Source of the DNA: Carcharhinus longimanus
Taxonomy: Eukaryota
Assembly (NCBI GenBank): GCA_030264375.1
Contig: JASCQW010000001.1
Location: forward strand, 126,328,909 to 126,388,662
DNA length: 59,754 nucleotides
Direction of reading: 5' to 3'
Position numbers and translations under genes: made by a program. Positions 37,510 through 49,812 of this stretch are shown here, piece by piece. Under the pieces are notes generated by a model. That model saw only the letters and a list, made by a program, of their open reading frames with translations, made no database searches and was not told the origin of the DNA. Position 1 is the stretch's first letter, and every line of letters starts with the position of its first letter.

Positions 37510-38420
37510 ACCACAATCAACATCCTTGGGGTTACCATCGACCAGAAACTGAACTGGACTAGCCATTTAAGTACTGTGTCTACAACAGCAGCTCTGAGGT
37601 AGGAATCCTGCAGTGAGTAGCTCACCACCTGACTGCCCAAAGCCTGGCCACAGGCACAAAGAGCGTGATGAAATACTCTCCACTTGCCTGGATGAGTGCA
37701 GCTCCAACAATAGTCAAAATGTTTAACATCGTCCAGGACAAAGCAGCCCATTTGATTGGCACTCCATCCACAAACATTTACTCCCTCCACCATTGATGCA
37801 TGGTAGTAGCAGCAGTGTGTACTAGTTACAAGATGCTCACCAAGGCTCCTTAGTCAGCACCTTCCAAAACCATGACTGCTACCATCTAGAAAGACAACTG
37901 CTACCATCTAGAAAGACAAATGCATGGGAACACCAGTCCAAAGATGCGCGGGACAGGTGTATTGGCCATGCCAATACACCTGTCAGGTAAATGCATNNNN
38001 NNNNNNNNNNNNNNNNNNNNNNNNNNNNNNNNNNNNNNNNNNNNNNNNNNNNNNNNNNNNNNNNNNNNNNNNNNNNNNNNNNNNNNNNNNNNNNNNATGG
38101 GGATTGGACCTGGGTGGGATTGTGAAAGGTGCAGACTCGATGAGCCAAATGGTCATCTTCTGCACTGTGGGGATACTGTGATCACCTGGAAGTGCCCTCC
38201 AAGCCTCACACCATCCTGACTTGGATATATATCACTGTTCCTTCACTGTCATTGGGTCAAAATGCTAGAACTCACTCCCCAACAGCACTGTGGGTATACC
38301 TATACTACATGGACTGTAGTGTTTCAAGATGGCAGCCCTCACCACCTTCTCATGGGCAATTAAAGATGGGAAATGAATGCTGGCCTAGCCAGCGAAGCCC
38401 AGATCCTATGAAGGAATAAA
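37510..38420 (+). mobile_element. Second LINE family 3' portion with a V-SINE fragment inserted at ~37935-38180
   Basis: TINILGVTIDQKLNWTSHL; tail gggcaattaaagatgggaaatgaatgctggcctagccag...atgaaggaataaaaaa. Confidence 0.8.
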
Positions 38421-38422
38421 AA

Positions 38423-38940
38423 AGTGCTCTTTCTGTCTATAAAGAATAAGCCCTGTGTATTAATATATGTACCTTCCAGTATATACAAATGCGCCACACT
38501 GAGAGCAACTGACAATCTTAAATTAATTATCTGTGTAATTCTTATCACATTGACGGTTATTTAGCAAATGTTATTCAATTGCGGAATCACACATGTTGTT
38601 GGATGCTGTTTTGTAAGCACAGGCTGGTTGAGTATGGCTGGAACATGTTGTTTGATAATAATCTCCATTCTTTGGAATATATGGCCCTAGCACGTACCTA
38701 GCATCACATTGATTTGAAATTCATATACCATGTTACATATTTCTGTGATGGGCAGAATATCGTTTTGGCTGGAAAGCAGCATCCTGTTAGATACTTGTGC
38801 TGCTGCGACACTGGCTGTGTGATTACATTTTTGAGATACAATGATCTTCCAGTGTAATCTAAGGTGGACTGGGCACTCTTTAGAGCCAAACGTGATGGCC
38901 ATAGGCCCGTTCAGTATTCTCCACAAATAGGATGCTCTCG
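38423..38940 (-). mobile_element. Penelope-like element fragment (RT-endonuclease linker and GIY-YIG), decayed
   Basis: Minus ORF FGSKECPVHLRLHWK...QNDILPITEICNMVYEFQ; inverted homologue of 38945-39260. Confidence 0.7.
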
Positions 38941-38944
38941 TGAA

Positions 38945-39585
38945 GCTAAAAAGATTTTCTTCTATCACACAAATGCATAAAGTGGTATATGAATTTCAGT
39001 GCCAACACAATGCTAGGTATGTTGGCTGTACATCCTAAAGACTAACGGATTATATCAAACAGCTTCATTATGGACAAGGTACAGACCATATCTAAACAGC
39101 CCTTGCTTGCAATAGTCAAAATACAGTGTCCAGTTTGCTAAGGGTTATGTTGACAACCAAGTAAGATTGGCAGTCAGGCTCACCGTTTGATGCATTTGCT
39201 TGCACTGGAAGCTACATATATTAATACATTGGGCCTTGTCCTCTGCAGACAGAAAGAACAGGTACACACATTGCGCCTGTCTTTTGTATCTGTTTTAGCT
39301 AAACAAAATAAGTGACAGTGATTTGTTGCTTCATTCCCCAGGGAATGCCTTGACAAATCTGATTTAAGTTGCCTGGTTTAAATTTCAAATGGTGTTTGGC
39401 AATTATTTGTCAGTCATCATCAACTGGAGCATTCTCCATGGCAATGCTTCAGCCAATCGGAATCCGATTGCCAACCAATCAGCATTCTGAGTTTTCCCCT
39501 GATAACTGGGGTATTTTTGCAATGTGTCCTCATAAGGACAAGATGAAAAGCTTCAACAAATCTCTATTTTCAGCAATACTAAATG
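38945..39585 (+). mobile_element. Penelope-like element GIY-YIG end and 3' region, decayed
   Basis: KVVYEFQCQHNARYVGCTS*RLTDYIKQ (GIY-YIG equivalent VVY...YVG.T..RL) and ALEATYINTLGLVLCRQKE. Confidence 0.75.
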
Positions 39586-40100
39586 AAAAATAAAGCAAGG
39601 GAAAGACAAATTGGATGGTGATAGAGAAGTAAGAGTCAAAGGAAAAGTATGAAAATACTTTTAAATTTTGTATATTTAAAAGTCTCTTAAGAATTTATTA
39701 CATATGCACATGTTTAAATATTTCCCTTTCTGAGCTGATGCCATTGACTGGTATTACGTTAACACTTATCTTGTAATTAAAGGGGATGGGGGAAGAGGGG
39801 GACATTGAGTGGAGACAAATCATTGACCAGCTAGTTATGCTCATTTGAACCCACAGCATTCATCTTCTTTGCATGAACTGGCCATTATACACTTTAGCAA
39901 CATGTATAGTGAATTTGTCACTATTTTGGCAATAACATTTGGAACACAATAATATTTCAACTTTTTTTTACATAATTGCAACCAAACAAACTAATGCAGA
40001 GGAACAAAACCTTTCCCCCAACAAATTTGAATCTTTTAATTAATATTTAAGATTTCTTTATTTTACCCTATTTTCTGTTAATGTAAAAGTATCTTTGTAG

Positions 40101-41046
40101 TTCACAGAGAACAGATCCTGAACACAATGGGTTATATCCTTTGATGTCTTTTGACCAAGTTCAACAAGAGGTTAACAGATTCTGCATGGAAAAAGGCTCC
40201 GATGTTCAATTCTCAGCAAATTCTCCGGTTTCAACCATTGACCAAGCTCAAAATGCAGACATACCAATGAAACAGAAACATTCTGATAGTGCTGACAAAT
40301 ATAAAAATGGGTCTATAATGGATGATCAATCTCTTAACAATTTCAAAAAGAATGAAAGCATTTCTATCAAAATGCCAGGCCAACCTGAAGATGCATCTAA
40401 AGCAAACAGCAGACAGATTATTGGTTTTGAAACTTCATTGGATAGCCAGAGTTCGATTTCTCCAAGCAGTGACAGGGATAAGAAACATAAACTTAACAAA
40501 AGATGTAAAGTTGGAGGACAGTCTAATGGACATGCTCTGTCAGCAGTGACAACTACAAATAAGGAAAAGCAAAATAATTTAATGGAGAAGATAGATAAAA
40601 AGGCAATATGTACTTTCTCTGTACAAAAAGGAGAAAGCATTTTTCTGTTTAGTCGTGATGATTGCACCCATTTACAACCACAGTCATTTAAAGAATATAT
40701 TCTAGAGACTTCCTACAATGAAGATTACTTTATAGAACAATATCCAATGAAGACTGATCAAGATCAGCAAAAGCATTCCTTGGTGGTTGAACTAATTGAT
40801 TTATGTGAATGTAAAACGTCCACTTTTGATTATAAACAAACAATGCAGACAATTGAACTGAGAGTTTTAGGTCGTGGTCTAAAGCTACAGGATTCTTCAA
40901 GAGTGAAAAAATATCCTAAATTAGCACTAGATATCGTAAAACATCCAATACTGCCAACCCAACCTAAGAAAATGGAGGGTTTCCAAACAATCAAACCCAC
41001 CAAAGGAGGACGACCAATTGCCTTGCCCTTTCAGCCTAAAGATACA
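40101..41046 (+). CDS. Large 946-nt internal coding exon (phase 2 to 0), hydrophilic S/K/Q/D-rich, unidentified protein
   Basis: Longest real ORF (40141..41172). Acceptor tctttgtag|t at 40100/40101, donor aca|gtaagg at 41046/41047. Phases match both neighbouring exons. Confidence 0.85.
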
Positions 41047-41427
41047 GTAAGGACTAATACTCTGTCAATAAGTAAAATGCTACATCTCCTCATTATAAGA
41101 TCAAAAGTTGATGTTTTAGCAGAATTGTTTATTACTAAGTCATTTTTTTCTTACTGTAAACTGAATGCATAATGCTTTCAAATTTGTAGTGTAGAGGGCA
41201 AATATTAACCTAATTTTAGGTGAAAAAGAAGGCATTCCAGGTTTGCCAAATTTGAAAATTTTCTTCATAATTCAAATTATTGCAATATTTGTTTGCTCAT
41301 TACATATTGTTAGTTTTGATCTAATTAGAGAAATTTCAAGTGGAATTTTCCCCTCTGGAGACTAAGTGCCATGGCAGGTGGATTTCATGGCATTTTTCCT
41401 GCTGGGCAGTGAAGTGGAAAACAATAC

Positions 41428-41982
41428 GAGCAGGAGTAGGCCATCTGCCCCCTCAAGCCTGCTCTGCCATTCAATAAGATCAAGGCTGATCTTTTCATGG
41501 ACTCAGTTCCACTTACCTACCTGCTTACCATAACCCTTAATTCCTTTACTATTCAAAAATATCCTTGCCTTAAAAACATTCAGTGAGGTAGCCTCAACTG
41601 CTTCACCAGGCAGGGAATTCCTCAGATTCACAACCATTTTTGTGAAGAAGTTTCTGCTTAACTCAGTCCTAAATCTTCTTCCCCTTATTTTGAGGCTGTG
41701 CCCCTAGTTCTAGTTTCACCAGCCAGTGGAAAGAACTTCCCTGCTTCTATCTTATCTATTCCCTTCATGATCTTATATGTTTCTATAAGATCTCCCTTCA
41801 TTCTTCTGAATTCCAGTGAGTATAGCCCCAGTCTACTCAGTCTCTCCTCATAAGCCAACCCTGTCAACTCCAGAATCAACCTAGTGAATCTCCTCTGCAC
41901 CCCCTCCAGTGCCAATATATCCTTTCTCAAGTAAGGACACCAAAACTGGACACAGTACTCCAAGTGTGGCCTCACCAGCACT
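41428..41982 (-). mobile_element. Young CR1 LINE 3' end
   Basis: LVRPHLEYCVQFWCPYLRKDILALEGVQRRFTRLI...TRG; tail shared with 5286, 34247 and 49813. Confidence 0.9.
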
Positions 41983-42129
41983 TATGTTAACTTCATAACT
42001 TTGCTGTTTTTAAAGTGAGCATTTCATGCTCAGAAGCTGATTAACACACATTGACATGTCATATGGTGGAGTGGGCACTGATCTGTCAGCCCATCCATCA
42101 CATAATTGAATCAAAGATCTAGGCATCGT

Positions 42130-44830
42130 ATTTAAATGTCAGCCAAACACATTGCTGTCAGAAGACCAGCGTCAAAAGTAGTGACAGATTACAGCTCTGA
42201 CACTCAGCGGATTCCTGGAGTTAAGGCACCCACTGAGTCTGAGCCTGATAATAAGCCTCTGGAAGCAGTCGTCTCTAAATTGCTGGAGATGCACCGCCAG
42301 GTGATGGAAAACCAGAAAGAGTTGTGAGAGACAGTAACATACTTGAGTGATTGATGTAGAAGTCTGTCTGTATTCTGTCTGATATCTTGTCTCCGACATG
42401 TGAGTGGCTCGAGATCCCCATGGGAAGGGTGGTGGCCACCTTGGAGACCTCATTCCAGCAGAGTCTGCCAGATTTGTGCTTGGACCTGCACTCCATTGCT
42501 ATAGGCATTAATGGATCCAACAGTGATTAGGCAAGAGGGGGCAGGGCATCCTGACCTCTTTCCAGGAGCCCTTCTCCTTGGGGTTAGACTGGGACCCTCT
42601 TGAGGAGGAAGACCACAGCTGGAGATCCAGTGTTTACCCATTCAGGTGATTCTGGTTGTTCAGAATATCCTAATCGCTGCAGCATGTGATCCCATCAGCT
42701 CCAGCACCAAGTCTAGTAGGATGCACCTGCCCCACAGCAGGACACCCAAAGCAGGCCAGGACCATCCAAGTTTCAATCTTCTAGGGGATGCCCGCCAAAG
42801 TAATCCAAGTTGACAGGATGTAGTAGTCAGCAGGCTGACTCAATCTCTGCTGTGGATGTCAAGGATCTACCAGAGCTGGCAGTAGGCTTAAAAAAACTCA
42901 AGATATTTTGACATTGTGTCATTGGTGTCCAATCATTGTTAATATCATGCATCTTTCTAAATACATGTGCTGTTCATGAAATTGGTCTCCTCATTTGAAA
43001 GCATCCTGTATATGCCCCTACATACTCTTTTATTGCAAGGATGAGCCATGCTCCCACTGAGGGTTCACTTCTATTTGTGAGGTGTCAAGATAGTTACCCA
43101 ATTGTTGTGTTGTGACAGGGAGATGTGTCTTCACAATATGTTGGTAACCTCTACTTAAAAACAATATGGAGTCATGCATGCCCAATAGTTTTGGAAAGTT
43201 AGCTGTGACTGTATCTTCGTTGGTAGTGCCAAAGCACAAGACCTGCAGCCACAATAGTCTCTCCAAGCATATGCACATCTCTTTGTCCATAGAAAAGTTT
43301 CTCATTAAGCTAGCAATGACTGCATCAAGCACTTCAGGTTCCTTCCATTCACCATCCAAAGAGTCTTCAGCCTCCTCCATGTCTCCTTCTAATAAGGGAT
43401 TCTTCCTTTGAATTGCTAGGCTGTGGAAGGTGCAACAGACCACAATTATATGGGACCACAATTATAAGTAGCAGCAGGTCAAAGAATGACGAGATCATGC
43501 AGCTGAATGCATGGTTGAGGGATTGGTGTAGGGTAGANNNNNNNNNNNNNNNNNNNNNNNNNNNNNNNNNNNNNNNNNNNNNNNNNNNNNNNNNNNNNNN
43601 NNNNNNNNNNNNNNNNNNNNNNNNNNNNNNNNNNNNNGCGGCGCGGGCTTGTTGGGCCGAAGGGCCTGTTTCCCGTGCTGGGTTGTTCTTTGTTCTTTGT
43701 TCTTTGTTCTTTGGGACATCCTCTGTGGAGATTACTGCAGAGTCCCACCTGAGTGGTTGAAACATCAGAAGTGCAGCTTCAGGATGCTAATGGTCTTCCA
43801 GTGGATGAATTATATTAACCTATGTGCCACATAGTGTCTCTCCTTGTTTGAACAGGTATCCCTTATCGCAAAGCAGCCAGCCCAGTATTTGCTGAAGCCT
43901 TTCAAATATTTAAGGGAGTGACTCAGGATAAGTCTTGGGAATTCCCAACATGCTTGGTACAACCATGCATGGAGTTTCTGGTAAGCGCACAACAGCGGAA
44001 TATTCAGAGAGTGGAACCCTTTCCTGTAAAAAAAAAGTCAGGGCTGCTGCCATGGAGCTCTCAAAGCCACATATATGCATTCGTTTGTATGCTGAACTCT
44101 AGAGAAAACAGGAGATCTCTAAGCCGGTCTTTTCAGTGTGCTCTGATTGAAATCTTTCATCATTCAACCATTCGTCTGGACAGCTGGGAGCTTTGCATCC
44201 GTATGAAAGGGAGGGGGAGGGTGCGGTGCCTGAATGCACTGGTGAAACCAACTTCCAAGCACCTGGGCACCATAAAACTAGAGCACCATGATGCACCAGT
44301 GAACTGGGAGATTTCCTCGCACCACCGCACCTCCCTGCCCACCCACCCACCCACACCTGGTTCATTGTGACATAATCTCCCCCCACACAGACACAAGATG
44401 CGAAGAATTGGGACATCTGGGTCCCTTGATGGACTGACATGCTTCCCCACTCCATCATTACCCCCTTCATGATCCACCCCTGTATGACCCTCCTCCCTAC
44501 CCCCCCATGCATGGACATCCATCATAGCTCCACTGTCACACCCCCTTGGCACTGCCCCTCCACAGAGTGCTCAGCTGGCACTGCCCATGTGCCCAGTAGG
44601 CAGTGCAAGACAGGCATTGCTTGGCCAGGCCCCCTGACCACCCAGGAACTTCAATGACCTCCGATTCTCCCGGCTTGACCGTGGCACCTAGTTTCAGTGG
44701 TGATTTGTGCTGGTATTATGTCATGCTGGAGTGGTGGGGGGCTGGGGGGATTTTTTACCTCTCGCACTGTTTTCACAACTTACTGCGCCAATTGACGTTT
44801 GCAGCAGGCTGACAAGATTGCACCTCATAT
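42130..44830 (-). mobile_element. Decayed PIF/Harbinger transposon: HARBI1-like DDE transposase remnant on the minus strand (~43280-44200), probable second-ORF remnant on + (~42136-42900)
   Basis: Minus strand: VFSRVQHTNECIYVALRAPWQQP*LFFYRKGFHSLNIPLLC, GWLLCDKGY, SHIIVVCCTFHSLAIQ (cf. IDCTHV..NRKGFHSLN, GDxGY, CCxLHN). Confidence 0.75.
43457..43711 (+). mobile_element. Young CR1/HER1-like LINE inserted in the transposase, interior hidden by gap
   Basis: ORF1 esterase-like SRSKNDEIMQLNAWLRDWC before the gap, (ttctttg)n tail after it, TSD tgggac (43451-43456, 43712-43717). Confidence 0.8.
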
Positions 44831-45137
44831 AATGATAAAGTCCTATTGTAGAGGGCATCTATTACCAATCTCATCTTTTGGGGACTCTGAGATGTCACAT
44901 ATATTTCCTGGAATAATCCCAACAGCAAGAAAATGGAGCGTGGCAGTGACTCTCAGGGGCCTTTGACAGTGTATTTCCTCCCAGTGCATGAGACATTAGA
45001 TCCTCCTGCTGAATGTCGCAGATATGATCCACCACATCTCATGACCGATGAGCAAGGTATTGTCTGTCATTCATCTTCAATTAGGACCATTGGTCACACA
45101 AGTCACCTCCATTGAATAGGACTAACCTCCTCATCCA

Positions 45138-45212
45138 AAAGAACAAAGAACAACCCAGCATGGGAAACAGGCCCTTCGGCCCAACGAGCCCGCGCCGCCG
45201 CATCACCCTACA
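45138..45212 (-). mobile_element. Young CR1/HER1-like 3' tail abutting a gap
   Basis: Near-exact reverse complement of 43638-43695. Confidence 0.8.
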
Positions 45213-46941
45213 NNNNNNNNNNNNNNNNNNNNNNNNNNNNNNNNNNNNNNNNNNNNNNNNNNNNNNNNNNNNNNNNNNNNNNNNNNNNNNNNNNNNNNNN
45301 NNNNNNNNNNNNNNNNNNNNNNNNNNNNNNNNNNNNNNNNNNNNNNNNNNNNNNNNNNNNNNNNNNNNNNNNNNNNNNNNNNNNNNNNNNNNNNNNNNNN
45401 NNNNNNNNNNNNNNNNNNNNNNNNNNNNNNNNNNNNNNNNNNNNNNNNNNNNNNNNNNNNNNNNNNNNNNNNNNNNNNNNNNNNNNNNNNNNNNNNNNNN
45501 NNNNNNNNNNNNNNNNNNNNNNNNNNNNNNNNNNNNNNNNNNNNNNNNNNNNNNNNNNNNNNNNNNNNNNNNNNNNNNNNNNNNNNNNNNNNNNNNNNNN
45601 NNNNNNNNNNNNNNNNNNNNNNNNNNNNNNNNNNNNNNNNNNNNNNNNNNNNNNNNNNNNNNNNNNNNNNNNNNNNNNNNNNNNNNNNNNNNNNNNNNNN
45701 NNNNNNNNNNNNNNNNNNNNNNNNNNNNNNNNNNNNNNNNNNNNNNNNNNNNNNNNNNNNNNNNNNNNNNNNNNNNNNNNNNNNNNNNNNNNNNNNNNNN
45801 NNNNNNNNNNNNNNNNNNNNNNNNNNNNNNNNNNNNNNNNNNNNNNNNNNNNNNNNNNNNNNNNNNNNNNNNNATGCTGAGACAGCCAGTGACACCCATG
45901 TCCCATGAAATAATTTTAAAAGAACCCTGTGTGTGACAATGCTAATCTTTAAGATTTAGAATAGGATAGAGTGACACAGAGGGCAACCTCCTCCCAGGTG
46001 TTTCGGGAAAATCTACTATGGCTCCAGTAGCTATCAAAGACAAGGTTGTTTGTTGTGTTACGCTGCCACTTGTCTACAAATGAGTGTCTGCATCCTCCCC
46101 TATCATGTTTGCCTGACACTTTTTAAACTGCTACCCGATTATCTTGGCAAAGGCTGATGATAATGTTTGGAATTTTTTTAAAAGTATATTTATTGTTCAC
46201 AAGTAAGGCTTACATTACACTGCAATGATGTTACTGTAAGGTTTCCAAAGACATTTTCAATTCTGACCACTGCTTTAATTGTCCCCATGACTTGCAAATA
46301 ATTTTTCTCTCCAACCATATGTTAGACGGGCTTTTCCGGCCGCACACACCCCAAGGCCAGAAATTCCCACCTGAGGTCAACAGACCTTGAAATGATCCGC
46401 CAAATTTTCTGTCTTGCCTGCTACATTTCCCACAGTGTCTCTGGATCAATCTGGTGCTGTGCTAGTTATGATAGGAAATGAGCATTGTACTTTTCGAGTG
46501 AGATTTGCTCCAATTCTCAACGTATAATGGCATTAAACCAAAAACAAAAATCAGTCCCACTGTGTGAAAAATGATTAAACTCCTCCATGTGCTGTAATTT
46601 TGCATAACAGGTCACAAAGACATGGGAACGGCTGATTTTTGTCTTCAGTCATGGAGATTGATATTGTCGAATATTTTCAGATCCAAAAGATGCAACTGTT
46701 TGTCTTGCATCACCACTATAACCAGCAAGCAATGCAGTGAATTCAGGGCATTAGTTGCTATTCTACTAATTATCACTGCACAGTAAAATGAGAAAAGTCA
46801 CATTCAGATTGATACATGGTTCAGTTATTCTTCAGTAAATTTTCTTAGGAAGAATTGCTTTTTGGCTATTGCGGAAGAAAAATGTTCCTTCACTTTTTTG
46901 GTAACTGCTGCTGTGATTTCTGTGTTATATTTACATTGTAG

Positions 46942-47105
46942 GATGAAATTGCAAAAGCCTTTGAATATCAGAAGGATGTTAATGCCGCTGTGAATATCCA
47001 TCAGCTCTTCTCAGGTTTAATCAATCAGGAATATACCTTGGAGTTTCTAGCAAGTCAGAGTACAAAGAATCTGAAACGATGGGAGAAACGTTTGAGATGG
47101 GAGAT
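46942..47105 (+). CDS. Internal coding exon (phase 0 to 2): DEIAKAFEYQKDVNAAVNIHQLFSGLINQEYTLEFLASQSTKNLKRWEKRLRWE
   Basis: Acceptor tttacattgtag|gat, donor at|gtatgc, open frame in the required phase. Not in the ORF track. Confidence 0.8.
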
Positions 47106-49812
47106 GTATGCTCTGATTAGATAAGTTTAAATAAGTTAAAGATGCTATCTGAATGTGGATGTTACTGTGTTATTTTATATCAAGTATATGCATGGAAGGT
47201 TTTGCTGATATTATTCCAGCAGATTACTAGAAAGACAGCCTTTTTTGGAAGAAAAATTTCTCCTGCAACATTCCAAATTGATAGTTTACTGGTTAACTGG
47301 TTGACATTCTCTGCCTGAGATTGGTCTCGCATGAAACAGAAAAATCAAGAAACATTCTGACTGAGTCATACTTCTGAAATGTTGGCAAGTGGGGTTGCAC
47401 ACCCCATTTAAGACTAGTTTAACATTTGCCATGACATTCCCATATTAAAATGTCCACCTCTTCTAAGGCTAATAGTGATGCTCTAATATTTTCACTGTTG
47501 ATCTTATAACCTATATGTTGTAACTTTGTGGTGGTGTATTATTGTTGTGGCTTTTGTTTTCTGTTCAATAATGTTTAGAAGGTGCATAAATTGGGAACCA
47601 AAGTTTCACTTTCTATTGTAAGCGCATATTGGATAGGCAATGATTATAATACAATAGTTACCAACCTGATTTCATGGTCAGTTCTTGAGAGGGGCAGAAG
47701 ATTAGACACCATATATATTATTCGGTCAAAACTGAAGAATTGAGGGAAAGTGAAGGAGGAAGTGAATTCTGAAGGGAGAGAATCACAGGTTAAATGAATT
47801 TTGTTAGTTAAATGAGCCTGTTCTCCTATACAATATATAGTTCTGTTGTTAGCGGTGGGAAAGCTAACTTCTTATTTGAAGTCCGACTCAGAAATTGCAC
47901 CAGACAAGCTTCGGATAAGAAGAAAATCAAAGTTTTTGTTTAGAAGTTTCATATTCTCCTTAAAAGCTTCAATGCTCAAGCTCTATTTTTTTACAACAGA
48001 AGCAAATGAAATGTCATAAATCCTGAAATACAGAGACGTCTGGCAAACTAATATGAGGAATGGAGAAAGATAATGTTTTAGAAAACATCCTTTGTTAAAA
48101 TTGTCATAATTTAGTTTGTCTGGAAAATATTTTTTAATGTGAGAAGAGTGGAGTCAGTATTCTAATTTACTTAGACTAATTTATTGTCATTATTAGCAGA
48201 CAAATCAATTAAGTGAGTTCATGCCTTCAGTTAAATAACAGACTAAAGATGGCGATGACAAAGGTGCTAAACTTTGCTTTGCTGAAATCTTACTGATCTC
48301 GAGGTGAATTTTTTAACAAGTCATTTTCAGACAGGAGCTGTGGAAAATCAGGGGGGTAATGTAACCAACTACAAAAAGTTGCAGACTTATCCTGTGCATG
48401 TCCAAAAATAGACCGATTAAATAAATATATAAAGGAGAATGTAAGCAGCAAAGTATTTCATATATAGAAGGAATAACATAAAATTTACATTTTGTTTGTA
48501 ATAGTTACAATAGAGGGCTACAAGGACGTAACAAATTCAATAAGATGAATCAATTGTGGCTAACAAAATAAGTTAAAGATTGAATTAGATCAAAGGAAAG
48601 TGGCTTAAAAAGTAGCTAAAAAAAAGTAGTAGTCCAAGGATTGAGAGCAACTTAGTATCCAGCAAAGGAAAACTAAGAAACTGATAAGAGAAAAAAGAAT
48701 ATGAATAAAAGCTAACAAGAAACATGAAGATGGACACTAAAATCTTCCTTAGGTATGTGATAAAAGGAAAGATTAGCAGAGAAAAAGTGGATCCATTGCA
48801 GGCAGAGACAGGAAATTTATAATGGGAAATAGGGAATGGTGAAGAAATGAAACAATTACTTTGTGTCTATCTTCACAGAAGAAGATACAGAAAATCTCCC
48901 AGAAATGCTAGATAATCAAGGGATTTGTGAAAATGAGGAACTGAACAAAATTGGTATTAATAAAGAGGTAGTACTTGAAAAATTAATTGGACTGAAAGCT
49001 GATAAATCACCTGGGTCTGATAAACTACATCCCAGAGCATAGAAGGAGGTTACTATAGAGGTAGTGGATGCAGAGTTCTGCAGATTCTGGAAAGGTTCTT
49101 GAAAACGGAAAGTAGCTCCACTATTTAAAAAGGGAGAGAGAGAGAAAACAGAGAACTATGGACTGGTTAGTTTGATGTAAGAATAAGGAAAATATTAGAA
49201 TCTATTATAAAGGATGTGTTAAATAGAAAGTTAGAGAATATTGATTTGTTTGGGCAGAGTCAACAAGAATGTATGAATGGAAAATCATGTTTGATAAACC
49301 TGTTGGAATTTTTTGAGGATGTTACCTGTAGCACTGATAAACAAGAATGAGTGATGTGATGTATTTGGATTTTCAGAAGGCTTTTGATAAGATCCCATAC
49401 AGCTTAGCGAGCAATTACAGTACATGGATTGGGTATGATATAATGGGATGGATTGAGAATTGTTAACAGATAGAAAACAGAGAGTAGAAATAAATGAGTC
49501 ATTCTGAAGTTTGCAGGCTGTGACTAAAGGGTATCACAATGGTCAATTCTGGGACCACTGCTGTTCATAATCTATATAAATGATTTGGATATGGGGACCA
49601 AAGGTAATATTTCCAGATTTGCTAATGACACAAAACAAGTGGAATGCAAATTGTGAGAAGGATGCAAGGAGGCTTTGAGGGGTCTTGAACAATCTAAGTG
49701 AGTGGGCAAAAATATGGCAGATGGAAAGTGATATGAATAAGTATGTGGTTATCCACTTTGGTAGAAAGCACAGAAGAGCAGAATATTTCTTAAGTGTTGA
49801 AAGGTTCAAAAG

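Noticed and set aside
41047-41172. C-terminal hydrophobic tail and TTG start of ORF 40141..41172
   Set aside because: The tail lies beyond the gtaagg donor and is intron read-through. The frame begins at a splice acceptor, not at the TTG.
45081-45936. Long ORFs of 230-274 aa and others spanning N-runs (2187, 12737, 49794 etc.)
   Set aside because: Artefacts of translating assembly gaps.
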